The notes under the pieces: generated by a model | The model's input: the letters and a program-made list of their open reading frames with translations, nothing else | Databases searched by the model: none | Told to the model about the DNA's origin: nothing | In this document: piece by piece, positions 1 through 12,100 of the stretch | How positions within the stretch are numbered: the stretch's first letter is position 1 | How the letters are laid out: each line of letters starts with the position of its first letter | Made by a program: the position numbers and the translations under genes | Source: Tardiphaga sp. | GTDB lineage: Bacteria > Pseudomonadota > Alphaproteobacteria > Rhizobiales > Xanthobacteraceae | Direction of reading: 5' to 3' | Length of the DNA: 64,000 bases | Assembly: GCA_030147505.1 (NCBI GenBank) | Contig: JASBVG010000064.1 | Coordinates: 19,431 to 83,430 of the forward strand

Positions 1-107
1 CCGGTGGCACAAAATGGATGCTGATCACCTTCTTCTACATGTTCGCGCTGGCCTATCTGGCGAGCCTGGTCACGTACAAGGTCGCGGTGGCGGCGGGGCT
101 GGGCTGA
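1..107 (+). CDS. feoB: Ferrous iron transporter B, C-terminal end (partial)
   Basis: Frame from base 3 reads GGTKWMLITFFYMFALAYLASLVTYKVAVAAGLG*, resembling the last TM segment of FeoB; the gene starts outside the window. Confidence 0.7.
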   Translation, partial: GGTKWMLITFFYMFALAYLASLVTYKVAVAAGLG

Positions 108-123
108 GATTCTAGCCCGGACC

Positions 124-1725
124 TTAAAACCCCGCCGCGTGCCCATCCTTGCGCGGGTCGGATCCGGCGACATAGCCACCGTCGATCCGGCGCACAAGCT
201 GCGCACCACCAAAGCCGAAGGCTGAATCTGGTGGTTCGCGAACAATGACGTGGCCGCGGCTCTTGAGATCGGCGGCAACCTCATCCGACACGCCGCTCTC
301 GATCGCAACCTTGAAGCCATCGACATAGCGCCAGCGCGGCGCATCCGCCGCCGTCTGTGGATCCTGCCCCCATAACTGCATGCGCAACATCATCTGCAGA
401 TGACCCTGCGCCTGCATGGGACCGCCCATCAGGCCGAACGCCATCAGCGGCTGATCGCCCCGCATGACGAAGCCGGGAATGATGGTCTGGAACGGCCGCT
501 TGCGCGGGCCGACCTGATTGGGATGGCCTTCGTCCAGCACGAAACCGAAGCCGCGATTCTGCAGACTGATGCCTGTACCCGGGACTACGACGCCGGAGCC
601 GAATCCCGAATAATTCGACTGGATGTAGGACACCATCATGCCGGAGGCGTCGCCGGTGGACAGACAAACCGTCCCGCCTGTTTTCGGGGCACCGGCGCCA
701 AGGTCCTGCGCGCGGCTCCGGTCGATCAGCTTAGCGCGCGATGCGAGATAAGACGGGCTTTGCAGATGCGCGACGGTGACATCGCTCATGTAATCGAGAT
801 CCGCGGCATAGGAGTAGATATCCGCGAAAGCGAGCTTCACCGCCTCGATCTGCAGATGCAGCGCATCGGCGCTATCGACGACGAGGCCATCGATGCCGGC
901 AACCTGGATGATGCCGAGCGCCATCAGCGCCACGATACCCTGCCCGTTGGGCGGGATCTCGTGCAGTGACACGTCGCCGAAAGACTGCTGGATGGTGCCG
1001 CACCAGTCGTTGCGATGCGCGGCGAGATCGGCCTCATTCAGCGCCGCACCATGTTCGCGCGCGAAATCGGCGATGCGCTTTGCCAGCTGGCCGCGATAGA
1101 AGGCTTCGCCTTTAGTCGTCGCGATCAGCTTCAACGAATGCGCATGACCCGGCATGCGAAACAATTCGCCCGCCGCCGGCGCGCGGCCCTCCGGCATGAA
1201 GCAATCGGCAAAACCCGGCTGATCCTTCAACTCCTCGGCGCCGCGACGCCATAGTTCGGCAATCACCGGCGAGACGTGGAAGCCGCTCTCAGCATAGGAG
1301 ATGGCCGGCTCGAACAGCTCCGCGAAGGGAAGTTTGCCGAACCGCTTCGACAGATCGACCCACGCCGACACCGCGCCCGGCACAGTGACGCTCTCCCAGC
1401 CGCGATTCGGAAATGTCTTCCGCCCGACAAAGCGCTCCGGCGTCCAGCCGGCCGGCGAGCGGCCCGAAGCGTTGAGACCATGCAACTCTTTCCCGTCCCA
1501 CAGAATGCAATAGGCGTCCGAACCGAGGCCGTTGCCGGTCGGCTCAACCACGGTCAGCGCGATCGCCGCCGCCAGTGCCGCGTCCAGCGCATTGCCGCCG
1601 CGCTCCAGCATCCGCAAACCGGCCTGAGTTGCGAGCGGCTGCGAGGCCGCAACGACATTGCGCGCCATCACGGGCGAGCGGCGGGAGGCGTAAAGGCCAT
1701 CGTGTCGGAACTGCATGGTCGTCAT
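124..1725 (-). CDS. ggt: Gamma-glutamyltransferase family protein
   Basis: Motifs GGNALDAA, VVEPTGNGLGSD, SLQNRG, KRPFQTIIP, GGPMQAQGH, GSDPRKDG; likely start MTTMQF at 1725 (track ORF starts at 1794). Confidence 0.93.
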   Translation of the reverse strand: MTTMQFRHDGLYASRRSPVMARNVVAASQPLATQAGLRMLERGGNALDAALAAAIALTVVEPTGNGLGSDAYCILWDGKELHGLNASGRSPAGWTPERFVGRKTFPNRGWESVTVPGAVSAWVDLSKRFGKLPFAELFEPAISYAESGFHVSPVIAELWRRGAEELKDQPGFADCFMPEGRAPAAGELFRMPGHAHSLKLIATTKGEAFYRGQLAKRIADFAREHGAALNEADLAAHRNDWCGTIQQSFGDVSLHEIPPNGQGIVALMALGIIQVAGIDGLVVDSADALHLQIEAVKLAFADIYSYAADLDYMSDVTVAHLQSPSYLASRAKLIDRSRAQDLGAGAPKTGGTVCLSTGDASGMMVSYIQSNYSGFGSGVVVPGTGISLQNRGFGFVLDEGHPNQVGPRKRPFQTIIPGFVMRGDQPLMAFGLMGGPMQAQGHLQMMLRMQLWGQDPQTAADAPRWRYVDGFKVAIESGVSDEVAADLKSRGHVIVREPPDSAFGFGGAQLVRRIDGGYVAGSDPRKDGHAAGF

Positions 1726-1782
1726 ATCCACTTCTCTTCGGTCAAGAGAGGATAAGGCCGTCGCCCCCACGCGGCCAAACGG

Positions 1783-1816
1783 AAAAAGGGGCATGGGTGA
1801 ATACCCATGCCCCTCT
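1783..1816 (-). terminator. Rho-independent terminator after the thiolase gene
   Basis: Perfect hairpin AGGGGCATGGGT-GAAT-ACCCATGCCCCT followed by a T-run on the minus strand. Confidence 0.8.
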
Positions 1817-1845
1817 CAACGAGATCGAAGACGACCACCGAGCGT

Positions 1846-3099
1846 TTAAATGCGCTCGATGATGATAGCCGGAGCCATGCCACCCGCTGCGCACATAGTG
1901 ACGAGACCACGCTTCAGGTTACGGCGTTCCAGCTCATCGAGGATCGTGCCAACCAGGATCGCGCCGGTGGCGCCGATCGGATGGCCCAAGGCAATGGAGC
2001 CGCCATTGACGTTGACCTTGCTGGTATCGAGCTTGAGATCACGGATAAACTTCGCTGCCACGACAGCGAAAGCCTCATTGATCTCCCAAAGATCGATGTC
2101 GTCCTTGGTGAGACCGGCCTTTTCCAGCACCTTCTTCGCCGCCGGTACCGGCGCATTCAGCATCAGAGTCGGATCGTCGCCGATATTGGCCATGGCAACG
2201 ATCCGGGCGCGAGGCTTCAGACCATGCTTATCAGCATAGGCCTTCGAGGTCAGCAGTAGCGCTGCGGCACCATCGACAACGCCCGACGAATTGCCGGCGT
2301 GGTGAAAGTGCTTGATCTCCAGATCCGGATACTTCTGGTTGATCTGCTTGCGATAGGTGGTGCCCTTGTCGTCGAGCGGATAGTCGGCCATCGCGGTGAA
2401 CGCCGGCTTCAGGCCGGCGAGACCTTCCGCCGTGGTGTCCGGACGCGGATATTCATCCTTGGCCAGGACAACATTGCCACTATCGTCCGTGACAGGCACG
2501 AGGCTCTTGTCGAAACGTCCTTCCTTGATGGCAATGGCGGCCCGGCGCTGGCTTTCGAGGCCGAGCGCATCGAGTTCCTCGCGGGTAAAGCCTTCCATCG
2601 AGGCGATGGCGTCGCCGCAGATGCCCTGATGCGACTGCGGGTGCACGCGAGCAAGGCGTTCGTTGCCCGAGCCCATGCCGAGCGGACGCTTGCCGGCGGC
2701 CATATCCTCGGCAGCCATCGCACCGGTGAGCGACATCATCTCAGTGCCACCGGCGATCACCACATCTTCCATGCCCGACATGATCTGCGCCGCGGCGAAA
2801 TTCACCGCGGTGATGCCGCCGCCGCAGAAGCGGTCGAGCGTGGTGCCGGAAGCCTTGATGTCATAGCCTGCATCGAGCGCAGCCATGCGGCCGAGATCGC
2901 CGCCCTGCTTGCCGCGCTGGGTCGAGGTCGACCAGATGATGTCATCGACATCCGCGGTGTTGAGCTTGTTACGCTCAGCAATCGCCTTCAGCACCGTAGC
3001 TGCGAGATGCTGCGGATGATGTTCGGCGAGCGCGCCCTTACCGACCTTGCCGATTCCGCGCGGGGTGCGGACTGCGTCGATAATATAAGCGTCGGCCAT
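1846..3099 (-). CDS. Acetyl-CoA C-acetyltransferase (thiolase)
   Basis: DAVRTPRG, catalytic DRFCGGG, NEAF, GHPIGATG and MCAAGGM motifs. Confidence 0.95.
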   Translation of the reverse strand: MADAYIIDAVRTPRGIGKVGKGALAEHHPQHLAATVLKAIAERNKLNTADVDDIIWSTSTQRGKQGGDLGRMAALDAGYDIKASGTTLDRFCGGGITAVNFAAAQIMSGMEDVVIAGGTEMMSLTGAMAAEDMAAGKRPLGMGSGNERLARVHPQSHQGICGDAIASMEGFTREELDALGLESQRRAAIAIKEGRFDKSLVPVTDDSGNVVLAKDEYPRPDTTAEGLAGLKPAFTAMADYPLDDKGTTYRKQINQKYPDLEIKHFHHAGNSSGVVDGAAALLLTSKAYADKHGLKPRARIVAMANIGDDPTLMLNAPVPAAKKVLEKAGLTKDDIDLWEINEAFAVVAAKFIRDLKLDTSKVNVNGGSIALGHPIGATGAILVGTILDELERRNLKRGLVTMCAAGGMAPAIIIERI

Positions 3100-3248
3100 T
3101 GGTCTTCCTCCGGATTTTACTGTGTTTTTCTGGAGCCGAGATTGGCCAAGCGGGGGGCGAAGTCAAGGCGCAGCGATGGCATGCGTGTCCGCCAAATTTG
3201 GCAGGCCTGTCACTGCATCACCGGCAATCGGATTCGCGCTGCAGGCAG

Positions 3249-3950
3249 TCAGTGAGTTAACCAGTGGAATGCACGCATGATGAGCGCCCGACCGTCGGTT
3301 TCGACCGGCTTCCCGTGTGCCATCACGACCTTGTGGACGGGCCACGCAAGGATGCGGCTCAGAGCGTCGCGGGCGGCCAATCGATCCGTAAAGGCAAAAC
3401 GGAATTTCCGCGGCACAGTTGGCTCAGGCGCTGTCATGAGATCGAGCCTCGCGACAATCGCTCTCCAGCCCGTAAACCAGCCGCGTGGGAACTGCTGCAA
3501 CAGATCAGTGAACAAGACGGTCCCGCTCTCGCGATGGAAGAAGACCGCTTCTGTTGTGATCCGGTTGCCTCGCATCAGCACGCAATCGAGCTCGCCCGAC
3601 CAATCTGGCTGACAACGGTCATCGAGTTCGGTGGCAATGACCAGGTCTCGGCGCTTTTCCCGCAGGCCGGGCGCTGTACTAAGGCGGGCCGAGGGGTAGG
3701 TCGATTGCCATTCTGACAAGAACACGTGATGCAGCGAGTTAGGTGCGATCAGATGCCGAACGGCACCAAGCACTGCAAGTTCATCACGCAGCGTGTTCGA
3801 GAGTTTTATCGGCGACCAGATGACCAATCCTCGATCGGCAAGTTTGACTACCGCCATACGCGTGGGATAGCGGAAGCCGAACACTTCGGTTTCTGTCCCA
3901 TCCACAAGCCATATATTGGGTCCAAAAGAGCGTAGCAGTGGAGCATTCAC
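3249..3950 (-). CDS. DUF4336 domain protein
   Basis: PTRMAVVKL, WSPI, APNSLHH, TEAVFFH, FTDLLQ and MAHG motifs. Confidence 0.85.
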   Translation of the reverse strand: MNAPLLRSFGPNIWLVDGTETEVFGFRYPTRMAVVKLADRGLVIWSPIKLSNTLRDELAVLGAVRHLIAPNSLHHVFLSEWQSTYPSARLSTAPGLREKRRDLVIATELDDRCQPDWSGELDCVLMRGNRITTEAVFFHRESGTVLFTDLLQQFPRGWFTGWRAIVARLDLMTAPEPTVPRKFRFAFTDRLAARDALSRILAWPVHKVVMAHGKPVETDGRALIMRAFHWLTH

Positions 3951-4031
3951 CGGATCGACCTCGCGATACCGATGAGACCATTCTCACGGCGCCAGTTCAA
4001 CCGTTACGCAGCCGACGGGTATCAGGTCGCA

Positions 4032-4841
4032 TCAAAGCAGGAACGACAGCGCCACCTCGCAGCGCTCCTCAACCTTCAGCGTGAGGAGATCGTCGGCCCG
4101 GGTACGGCCGAGATTGACGGCAGCGATGGGAATGCCCTTCTTCGCCGCCATCTGCACGAAGCGGAAGCCCGAATAGACCATCAGCGACGAGCCGACCACC
4201 AGCATCGCATCCGCGGCCTCGAGCCGATCCCGCGCCTGGTCGACCACATCGCGTGGGACAGTCTCGCCGAAGAACACGACGTCCGGCTTCAATACGCCAC
4301 CACAGGCGACACAAGCCGGCACCTCGAAGGCCGCAAAGTCTTCAAGCTCCAGATCAGCATCGCCGTCGGGGGCATGTGGCGCATCGAGCGCAAGCCAGGC
4401 AGTATTGCGATGGTCAAGCTCGTGTTGGAAATCACCGCGCGGCATCGTCAAGCCGCAACCCATGCAGCGCACCTGATCGAGACGCCCATGCAGATCGATC
4501 ACGCGCTCGCTTCCAGCGCTTTGATGCAGGCGATCGACATTCTGTGTCAGCAATATCTCGCTTCGACCGGCTTGCTCGAGTCGCGCCAGCGCATGATGCG
4601 CATCGTTTGGCTGTGCTTGTCCAAAACTGCGCCAGCCAACCATGCTGCGCGCCCAGTAACGCTTGCGCGCAGCCTCGTCCGTCATGAATTTGTCATATGA
4701 AGCAGGGGGCGTGCGCTTCCACTTGCCATCGATGTCGCGATAGTCGGGAATACCCGAATTGGTGCTGCAACCCGCCCCCGTCAGCACGAACAGGCGCTGG
4801 TGGCGGGTGATGAAGTCTTCGATAATTTCCTTGTCAATCAT
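4032..4841 (-). CDS. NAD-dependent protein deacylase (sirtuin, class II/SIRT4-like)
   Basis: GAGCSTNSGIPDYR, TQNVDRLH, HG, CxxC...CxxC, KPDVVFFGE and GSSL motifs. Confidence 0.93.
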   Translation of the reverse strand: MIDKEIIEDFITRHQRLFVLTGAGCSTNSGIPDYRDIDGKWKRTPPASYDKFMTDEAARKRYWARSMVGWRSFGQAQPNDAHHALARLEQAGRSEILLTQNVDRLHQSAGSERVIDLHGRLDQVRCMGCGLTMPRGDFQHELDHRNTAWLALDAPHAPDGDADLELEDFAAFEVPACVACGGVLKPDVVFFGETVPRDVVDQARDRLEAADAMLVVGSSLMVYSGFRFVQMAAKKGIPIAAVNLGRTRADDLLTLKVEERCEVALSFLL

Positions 4842-5002
4842 AGCGTTGATCTATGTCACCCGGATCGAATGTCCAGTCGTCTCGCGTGTGGCACCGCTAC
4901 CGCGGCAACATAATTTATTCAAAAATCGGTCATGCCGTTGCGGGTTAGACGATGCGTCTGCTAGAACAGCGTTGCGCAATGAGACCAACCGTAGAGTGAG
5001 TC

Positions 5003-5164
5003 ATGACCCTACAGACCAAAGTTGTTTCCACCTCGCGCGAGCAGTTCATGCAGATCGTCCAGGAAGAACTCACCAAGTTCGAAAGCGCCGAGCGCGAACT
5101 TCGTAAGAAGGCCAAGAAAGATCGTGTGAAGGAGCTCAAGCTGCCGGAGGAACTGGCTCACTAG
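5003..5164 (+). CDS. Small hypothetical protein (53 aa), not in the ORF track
   Basis: MTLQTKVVSTSREQFMQIVQEELTKFESAERELRKKAKKDRVKELKLPEELAH*; GC3-rich codons and a downstream terminator. Confidence 0.65.
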   Translation: MTLQTKVVSTSREQFMQIVQEELTKFESAERELRKKAKKDRVKELKLPEELAH

Positions 5165-5218
5165 GTTACGCGGCAACTGTAAAACGAAGTTTCCGAATGG
5201 ACTTCATACGACGAACAG

Positions 5219-5247
5219 AGGTCGCCTTTTCGGTGACCTTTTCTTTT
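5219..5247 (+). terminator. Rho-independent terminator
   Basis: AGGTCGCC-loop-GGTGACCT followed by TTTCTTTT. Confidence 0.65.
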
Positions 5248-5363
5248 GCGGCCACTTGTCGCTTTAAAGCGCGCGACAATGTCGCCGCTCGGTTGTATTT
5301 CACATTCCTTTCATCAAGCGCCTTTAGCGAACCCCTTTAATTCAAGAAAAATGCATTGAGGAA

Positions 5364-5747
5364 ATGGCGAAGTCATCGAAGCTTGTCGCGACAAAGCGCG
5401 GAAAGGTTCTACTTGTTCGGCGTGTGAAGGACGGCCTATGGATGTTCCCCGGTGGCCGGCGGCTGCCGCGCGAGAACGACAAGGTTTGCCTGCGCCGCGA
5501 GATCAGGGAGGAACTGCCGAAGCTGAAACTCGGCCGCCTGACGCTCTGGAAAGAGGTAAAATCGACCAACCGCCATTCCGGCCGCAAGATGAGCGATTCC
5601 ATCTTCATCGCCGAGAAAGCCTCCGGCCAGCTCGACATCGGCGACAAGAAGGAGATCGACCGTGCCGTCTGGCGCAAGCCCCGCAGCGGCATGCGGCTGA
5701 CCCCGACCTCACGCTACATCCGCGACAAGCTGTTTCCGCGACCATAA
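5364..5747 (+). CDS. NUDIX hydrolase
   Basis: Nudix box FPGGRRLPRENDKVCLRREIREEL; GAGG RBS upstream. Confidence 0.88.
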   Translation: MAKSSKLVATKRGKVLLVRRVKDGLWMFPGGRRLPRENDKVCLRREIREELPKLKLGRLTLWKEVKSTNRHSGRKMSDSIFIAEKASGQLDIGDKKEIDRAVWRKPRSGMRLTPTSRYIRDKLFPRP

Positions 5748-5810
5748 GGCGGCTGCACCCGAGCAAAAGCTCCAAGGCTCCGGCATATCATCGATTTCGA
5801 GGAATGAGCG

Positions 5811-5830
5811 ATGATGCTCAGGGACGGGTT
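5811..5830 (-). repeat. Degenerate copy of the tRNA 3' end (distal att site of the older island)
   Basis: ATGATGCTCAGGGACGGGTT matches ATGGTGCCCAGGGGCGGGAT (63961-63980) at 16/20 positions. Confidence 0.65.
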
Positions 5831-6141
5831 GTCCCACACACCACCTAATGTCAGCAAAAACAATAACTTATATCCACTCCCCTTTAGTCTCTGTATCATT
5901 CCAGTATGTCAATGCCGACCACGTCGGGCTGCCTTAGGAGCAAAATGGACAGCATCCGCTTTGCGCCCGCCAGAAGCGGACGTGCAACATTTTCAATCTC
6001 CTGGTTTCGGATCACTGCCTTAGAGTGCTTCCCATGATCCGTTCGTAAGCGTCCACGTCTTTGCCGCAGACAGGCAGCGCCCGCTATCGTCGGAATGCTT
6101 CCGAAAAGAAGCCACCATAACAACGCAGTTGCAGGCAACAA

Positions 6142-9100
6142 TCAAAGTCTACTTCGCTCCGTCGACAGAAGGCGCATTTTCTCCTCGTCGGTGAGCGCAT
6201 TCAGTTGCTCTCGCGTGATCGGACCGCTTCCGAGCACGCGCACCGATTCGACGGAGCCCTCATTCGCTCGCGTCTGCTCATCACCAGGGCGCCGTTTTCT
6301 GGTTGACCCATCCTCCTCCGCGCCGCCCCCGCCATAGCCCAGCACTTCCACAATGATGACCGAGGGCTGGCTATTGCCGCTGCCTTGCGTCGGCGTTGCG
6401 GTTTGCTGGGTCGCCGCCGTCGCGTTGGTGGCAGCAAGTGCCGCAGTGATGTTCGGCGCCTGCACTGTCGGGATACCCATGCTGGTGCCCTGCACCTGGA
6501 TATTCGCTGCATTGAGAATCTGCAGCGCTGCCAGATTGACGTTGCCCGAGACGCGGATGCCCGCTTCGCCCGCATCGATGGTGCCGAGCGGCGCGATCAG
6601 GTCGATATCGCCCGGCTCCACTTCCGGAATCGGATTCAGCGTCGCGATACCGGCGCCAGAGGATGGCGCATCAGGTGACAGCGTGACATTGCCATAGAGA
6701 TCGTAGGTCCGCTTTGGCGTCGTATAGATCACCGTGGTCTTTGCACCACGGCCCGCATTGATGTCGCCGGTCGCCGACCAGGCCAGGATATCGCCGCCGA
6801 AGGTGGTCATGATACGCGACAGGCCGAGCAGGATCGAGCCGCGCGCATAGAGCTGGACGTCACCCGCGCCCTGGGTGATCAGGCCCGACGTGGCCGGCGG
6901 CACCTGCCCCTCGAGGCCGACCAGGACCTGCCCGCCCGGTGCGAACATCTCGATATTGCCGCCGAATTCGGTACGTACGCCCGAACCGCCGAACATCGTG
7001 ATGTCGCCGCGATAGGAGATCGGATTGCCATTCCTCTCCATCTCGGGGAACAGCGCGGCGATCGCGCTGCGACCGCGCAGATAGGAGCCATAGCGACTGC
7101 TATCGGGGTCGTTATACTCGCGTCCGCCCGCGCGCAGCTCGGCGAAATAGACCTGCCGCAGGAAGACGTTCTGCTGCTCGGCCGGCAGCCGGACGAAATA
7201 GGCGCGAGCCTCCGCTGCGTCGGCGACCGCGAAGCCGAAGCGTTCCTTGAGCCAAGCCTGGAGCTCCTTTTCATAGGTCTTGGCGACCTTGCCCGGCTGG
7301 CCCGCAAGCGGCGTGCCGATGGCCGCCAAATTGGCCACATCGAGATAGGGCAGAAGCCCGGCATAGTTCGGACCCGCGGCGCCAGCGCCCGCCTGCATCA
7401 GGATCGAGGCCCCGGAGCGCGTATCGCCGGCAGCCAAGGCGCCGATCGAGACGATCGAGCCCTTGTCACCGAGATAGAGGTTGCGTCCGGCGACGACTTC
7501 GAGCGAACCCGGTCCGGCGACCTGTACCTGTGCGTAGAGGATGTCACGGCCGGCCTCGATGCTCGAGATATCGGTCGCGTCGTTGTTCAGGATCAGGCTT
7601 GGGGTATCTACGAATTGCGGCTGTCCAAACTGGCTGCGATAGGCGTTCTTGCCGAAATTGACGATGTCGCGGCCGGCATAGATGCGGGCCGGCATGGCCG
7701 CGCGATAACGCGGCAGGTTCTCGCCGTTGACGATCTGCACCGTGGGATCGCCAAGCGTGAAATTGACGATGTCGCCGGCCATCGCATAGACGCGGATCAG
7801 CTTGTCGTCACCCGCGTGCAGATTGGTGGTGACGGTGTCCGCCTGGAACTGGAAGTAGGAGTTGCTGGTTCCCGGCCGGAACGGATTGGGGATCGAATTG
7901 GGATCGGCCGCTGCGCTGGACACGGTCCAGGCGGCTGCCACCGGAGTCGAGATGCTGCTACCGGTGTTGAACGCTGCCGCGTAGATCGAATTGCCGGCCA
8001 GAAGCTCCAGATAACCGTCGCGGGACGGCGCCAGCTCGATCCGCTGCCGACCAGCCCAATACAGACTACCTTGCGCCGCGACCGCCTCGAAGATCGGCGT
8101 CATCATCGCCTGGTTGGTTGAATCCTCGTTGCCCCAGGCTTCGTTCGAGCCGGTATATTGCGCGACGTTCAGCGGCACCATATTGCCGCCTGCGGAAAAC
8201 AGCGTGATCGCGCTGTCCGGGCGCCACAGCGAGAAGGCCGGCCCGGAGGTGCCACTGGCATAGATCATGCCGGGATCGCCGGCGCCGCCGAAGATGAGAT
8301 CGCCGCGCGCCTGCAGACTGGCTGATCCGTCGCCGATGACGACAACCGGCCCGCCGACGCCGCCATCACTGCTGAGCCTTGCCGCTCCATAGAGATCGAC
8401 GGCCCGCGGATCGTTCGGCGCACCGACGCCAAAGGCCAGCAGCGCCGACCCGATGGCTCCGGCCTGAACGGCGATATCGCCCCGCACATTCGTGAAGGAG
8501 CCGTAGAGATCGTCGGGGGCGATATTGTTCGGTGTGACAACCGGGTTCAGCCGGCCGCCGACATCAACGGAGAGGTTGCCGCCGCCAGTCTGCAGCAGCG
8601 TGCCACCGGTCACGACACCGTCCGACGTCTTCGTCACCGAGGTGACGCGGCCGCTGCCGCCCACGGCGAAAAGCAGGCCAGTGCTGGCATAGATCTGGCT
8701 GCCGGAATTCGTGACCGCACCGAGCGCACCAGCGTCGCCGCCGACATCGACGTTCACATTGCCGCCGCCCAGAGCGCCGAAGCCGGCGGAGAAGCCATAG
8801 AAGATGTTCGCATTGGGTCCGCCATAGGCCCCGAAGCGGATAGCCCAGGCGGCGGGCGTGGTGGCATCGCCCTGGCGCACCAGCCAGTTGCCGACCGAGT
8901 AATTGGTCTGGCCGCCAATGGACGAGGGATTGTCCACATAGAGATAGCCCGTGAGATTACGTCCGGTGGTGATCGTCAGATCGCCGCCGTTTTCGGTGAA
9001 ATAGCCGCCCTGCGAAGTAACACCGGCATAGGCGCCTCCGACATCGATCTGGGTGCCGGCGGTGTAGACGCCGAAGGGCGTATCCTGGGTGAGGTCACGC

Positions 9101-12100
9101 CCGGCAACAAGATCCAGATCACCCGTGCCGGTGCGGATCACACTCGGCAGAACCTTGCCAGCCGCGTTGATGAGGGAGTTGGACAGCAACATGTTGCCGC
9201 CTGCCCCGAGCGCGGGGAGCGATTGCACTGCGCGGGTGTCGGCGCTGGCGGCGTCGGCGCCGCTGACGAGACGGATCGACCAGGACTCGCTGCCGGGCGC
9301 CAGCATCGGCGCGGCTGCGTAATTCGCGATAGGTAACGACGCGATGAGCTTCGTTCCCACCGGCAGGTAGGTGCCGGCGCGCAGCGTCTGGCCGGCCTGC
9401 AGCGTGATAATGGTGCCTCCCATGACAGCGGCGAGATTTGTCCCCCCCGGAATGACCGTGCCGGCCGCGAGCGACATCGTGCCCGTACCGGGCAGCGTGG
9501 TTCCTGCGCCGTAGATCGAATTGGTCGGAAGGATAAAGTTGGTGGAGGCGCCGTTGAGGAGACCGATATTGATGACGGTCCCGGCCGGCAGGACTGTGCC
9601 CGCCGGTATGGTCTGGCCCGCGACATAAGTCGGCCCTCCGTTCGGCAGCGCGACGGTACGGTTCGGAACCGATGCGGAGACCACAAGGTTGGCGGCGAGC
9701 GTGATCGACCCGGTCAACGTCCAGAGGCCGGGCACCCCACCAGTGGACACCGCATCGGCGCGAACGGTCAGGCCCAGGCCCTTGTATTCGAACGGGATCA
9801 CGACGCCGCCGCGCCGAACGGAATTGCTCGTTCCACCAAGGACGAGGTCGAAAGTCAGCGTCGTCCCCGCAGTCGGAATGGTCGTTGCGCCGGAGATGAC
9901 TGCCACGTCCAGCCACCGCTCGCGGGTCAGCGTCTCGGTGCTGTTCATGATATCGTTCGGATTCGCGACGGGATTGCCGAAACCGTCCGTGATGCTGCCG
10001 TTCACGGTGAGGTTGCCCGGAGCGCGGACGACGAGCGAGCCCGATTCCGTGGCGCTGTAGGCCTCGTCCGAGGTACGCAGGCTCGCGAGATCGAGATTGC
10101 CCTTGACCGTGAGATTGCCGTTCGAGGACGAATTGCCGCTGATCTCGACGCCCGGCCGCAGATGATAGGCGTCGCCGTAAGCGGACAGGCCGGCCGTGCG
10201 GCCGGCGAGGCTGGCATTTGCCAGCGCCGCGTTGATGAACTGTACGTTGCGTGCACCGATCTGGTTGAGACCGACCGCTCCGTCGGCGGCCACAGGATCG
10301 GCACCACCATTATCCTGCACGATGCTGCCGTCGGCGTCGGTGGGCGAATAGGTCCAGAAGGCGTTCAGCGCGATCCCCGCCGCGCCGCGGATGTCGAGCG
10401 GGGCTGTGGCGTCGATCCGCGCGTCGCCGCTCGTTTCGCCTGTGCGGCCGGCATTGAGCACCAGTTTGCCGCGCTTGACCCCATCCGGCGAACCCAGATC
10501 CAGAGTGGCGCCTGGGTTGAGCCGGAGCCACCCCGTCGTCGCGGTCAACTCGATCCCGCCGCGATTCTTGGCCTCGATAGCGACGCCGTCGCTGTCGGTC
10601 TGCAGCTCGGTGCCATGCACGTCGAGCACGGCGCCGGAGGCAATGGCCAGATCGTTCTTGGCCGAGAGTCGGATGGAGCCCGGCGCCGCGCCGCTGGCAT
10701 CGATCCTGCCAAGCACGGTCAGGCTGCCATTATCCACCGACACGACGACATTGTGCGCCCTCACCTCGTTGCCAATGGCGAGATCGCCCTGTTTGAGGGC
10801 GAATTCGCGCGTCTGGAAGAATCCTCCGGCATTCAGGGCCGCGTTGATGCGCGCGAAGCTTTCGTTCTGGGTGCCCGCCGGGCCGATGAAGTGCACGGTG
10901 AGCTTGAACGCGCCGCTTTCATAGCCGACCGTGGACGAGCCCTTGAAAGTGCCGTCAATCGACTGGAGCGGCGTGCCGTCCGGGTTGACGAAGACAATGC
11001 CGCCGCCGCCAGCCCCGTCGGTCGCCGACAGCGTGACCGAACCGGCATGGTTGCTCACCGCAGAGACATCGAATGTCGCGCCACCCTGGACGATGATGCT
11101 GCTATGCGCGCTCTCCAGGACAAGGTCGCCGCCCCACGAATATTTAGTCACGTCCTTGAAGGGGATGGCGCGGCCGGCCAGGTCGATGCGTGTGCCGTCA
11201 TCGATCTGAATGGTCTGGTCGGCCTTCACCGTCAGCTTGCCGGAGGGCAACGCGACAGCCGTATCGATTTTAACCGCCCCCTGAACGGATGCGAGATTGA
11301 TGGTAGCGCCGAGCGTATCGACCGAAGCCGCACCGGCGGGGCCGCCCTGCGGCGCGACCACGCGCAATGTGCCGCTCGAATAGATCGACAGGACCGAACC
11401 GTTGTCGCCGGTCAGCAGCGGCGTAACCAGATTCAGCGCAGCTGCCTCCCCGGCATAGGTGGCGGGATTGAAATCCGAGGCCGGGCTCGGCCCGGTTCGC
11501 CAGACAGCGAGCGTATTGATGTTGTTCGAGGTGATGCGTTCAGAGGCGTTGAGGTTCACCGTCTCGAAGCCGAGCATCAACCGGTTGAACTGGACCGTGT
11601 TGAGCGGACGGGACTGCTCAAGATAGCCGAACAGGATCTCGCGTGCATCGAAATTGAAGACGCCGTAGCCGGTGCCCGGACCGTTGGCGATGATCGCACC
11701 GGGCGCGGCAGGGGTGTAGACCGCGCTGCCATCGGGGGTGACGCTCCGGAATGCACGACTCGACCATACCAGCCGGTCGGTGGTCAGCGTGACGCTGTCA
11801 TTCGCATTGCCATGACCGTAGATCGCGGGCGTACTCAGCACGAAGCTTTCGAGGACCGACTTGCCGTTCTTATCAAGCGTGGAGAGATTCACGGAGCCGT
11901 AGAAATTGATCGAGTTTCCGGCCGACAGGATGAGATTCTTCATGCCCGGCGCGCCGGTGACGGGATCGCCCTGCACCAGCCGGTCGAGCACCACCTGGTC
12001 GAGCGACAATCCGGCCGGCAAGATGCCGGCGGCGGCCGCGGCCGCAAGCTGTTCCGCGGCGCCGATATTGATGTAAGGCAGCGCCAGCTCAAGGTCGCGC

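Noticed and set aside
4032-4841. Sirtuin as a SIR2 anti-phage effector
   Set aside because: It is a stand-alone Zn-binding class II deacylase outside the islands with no defence partner gene.
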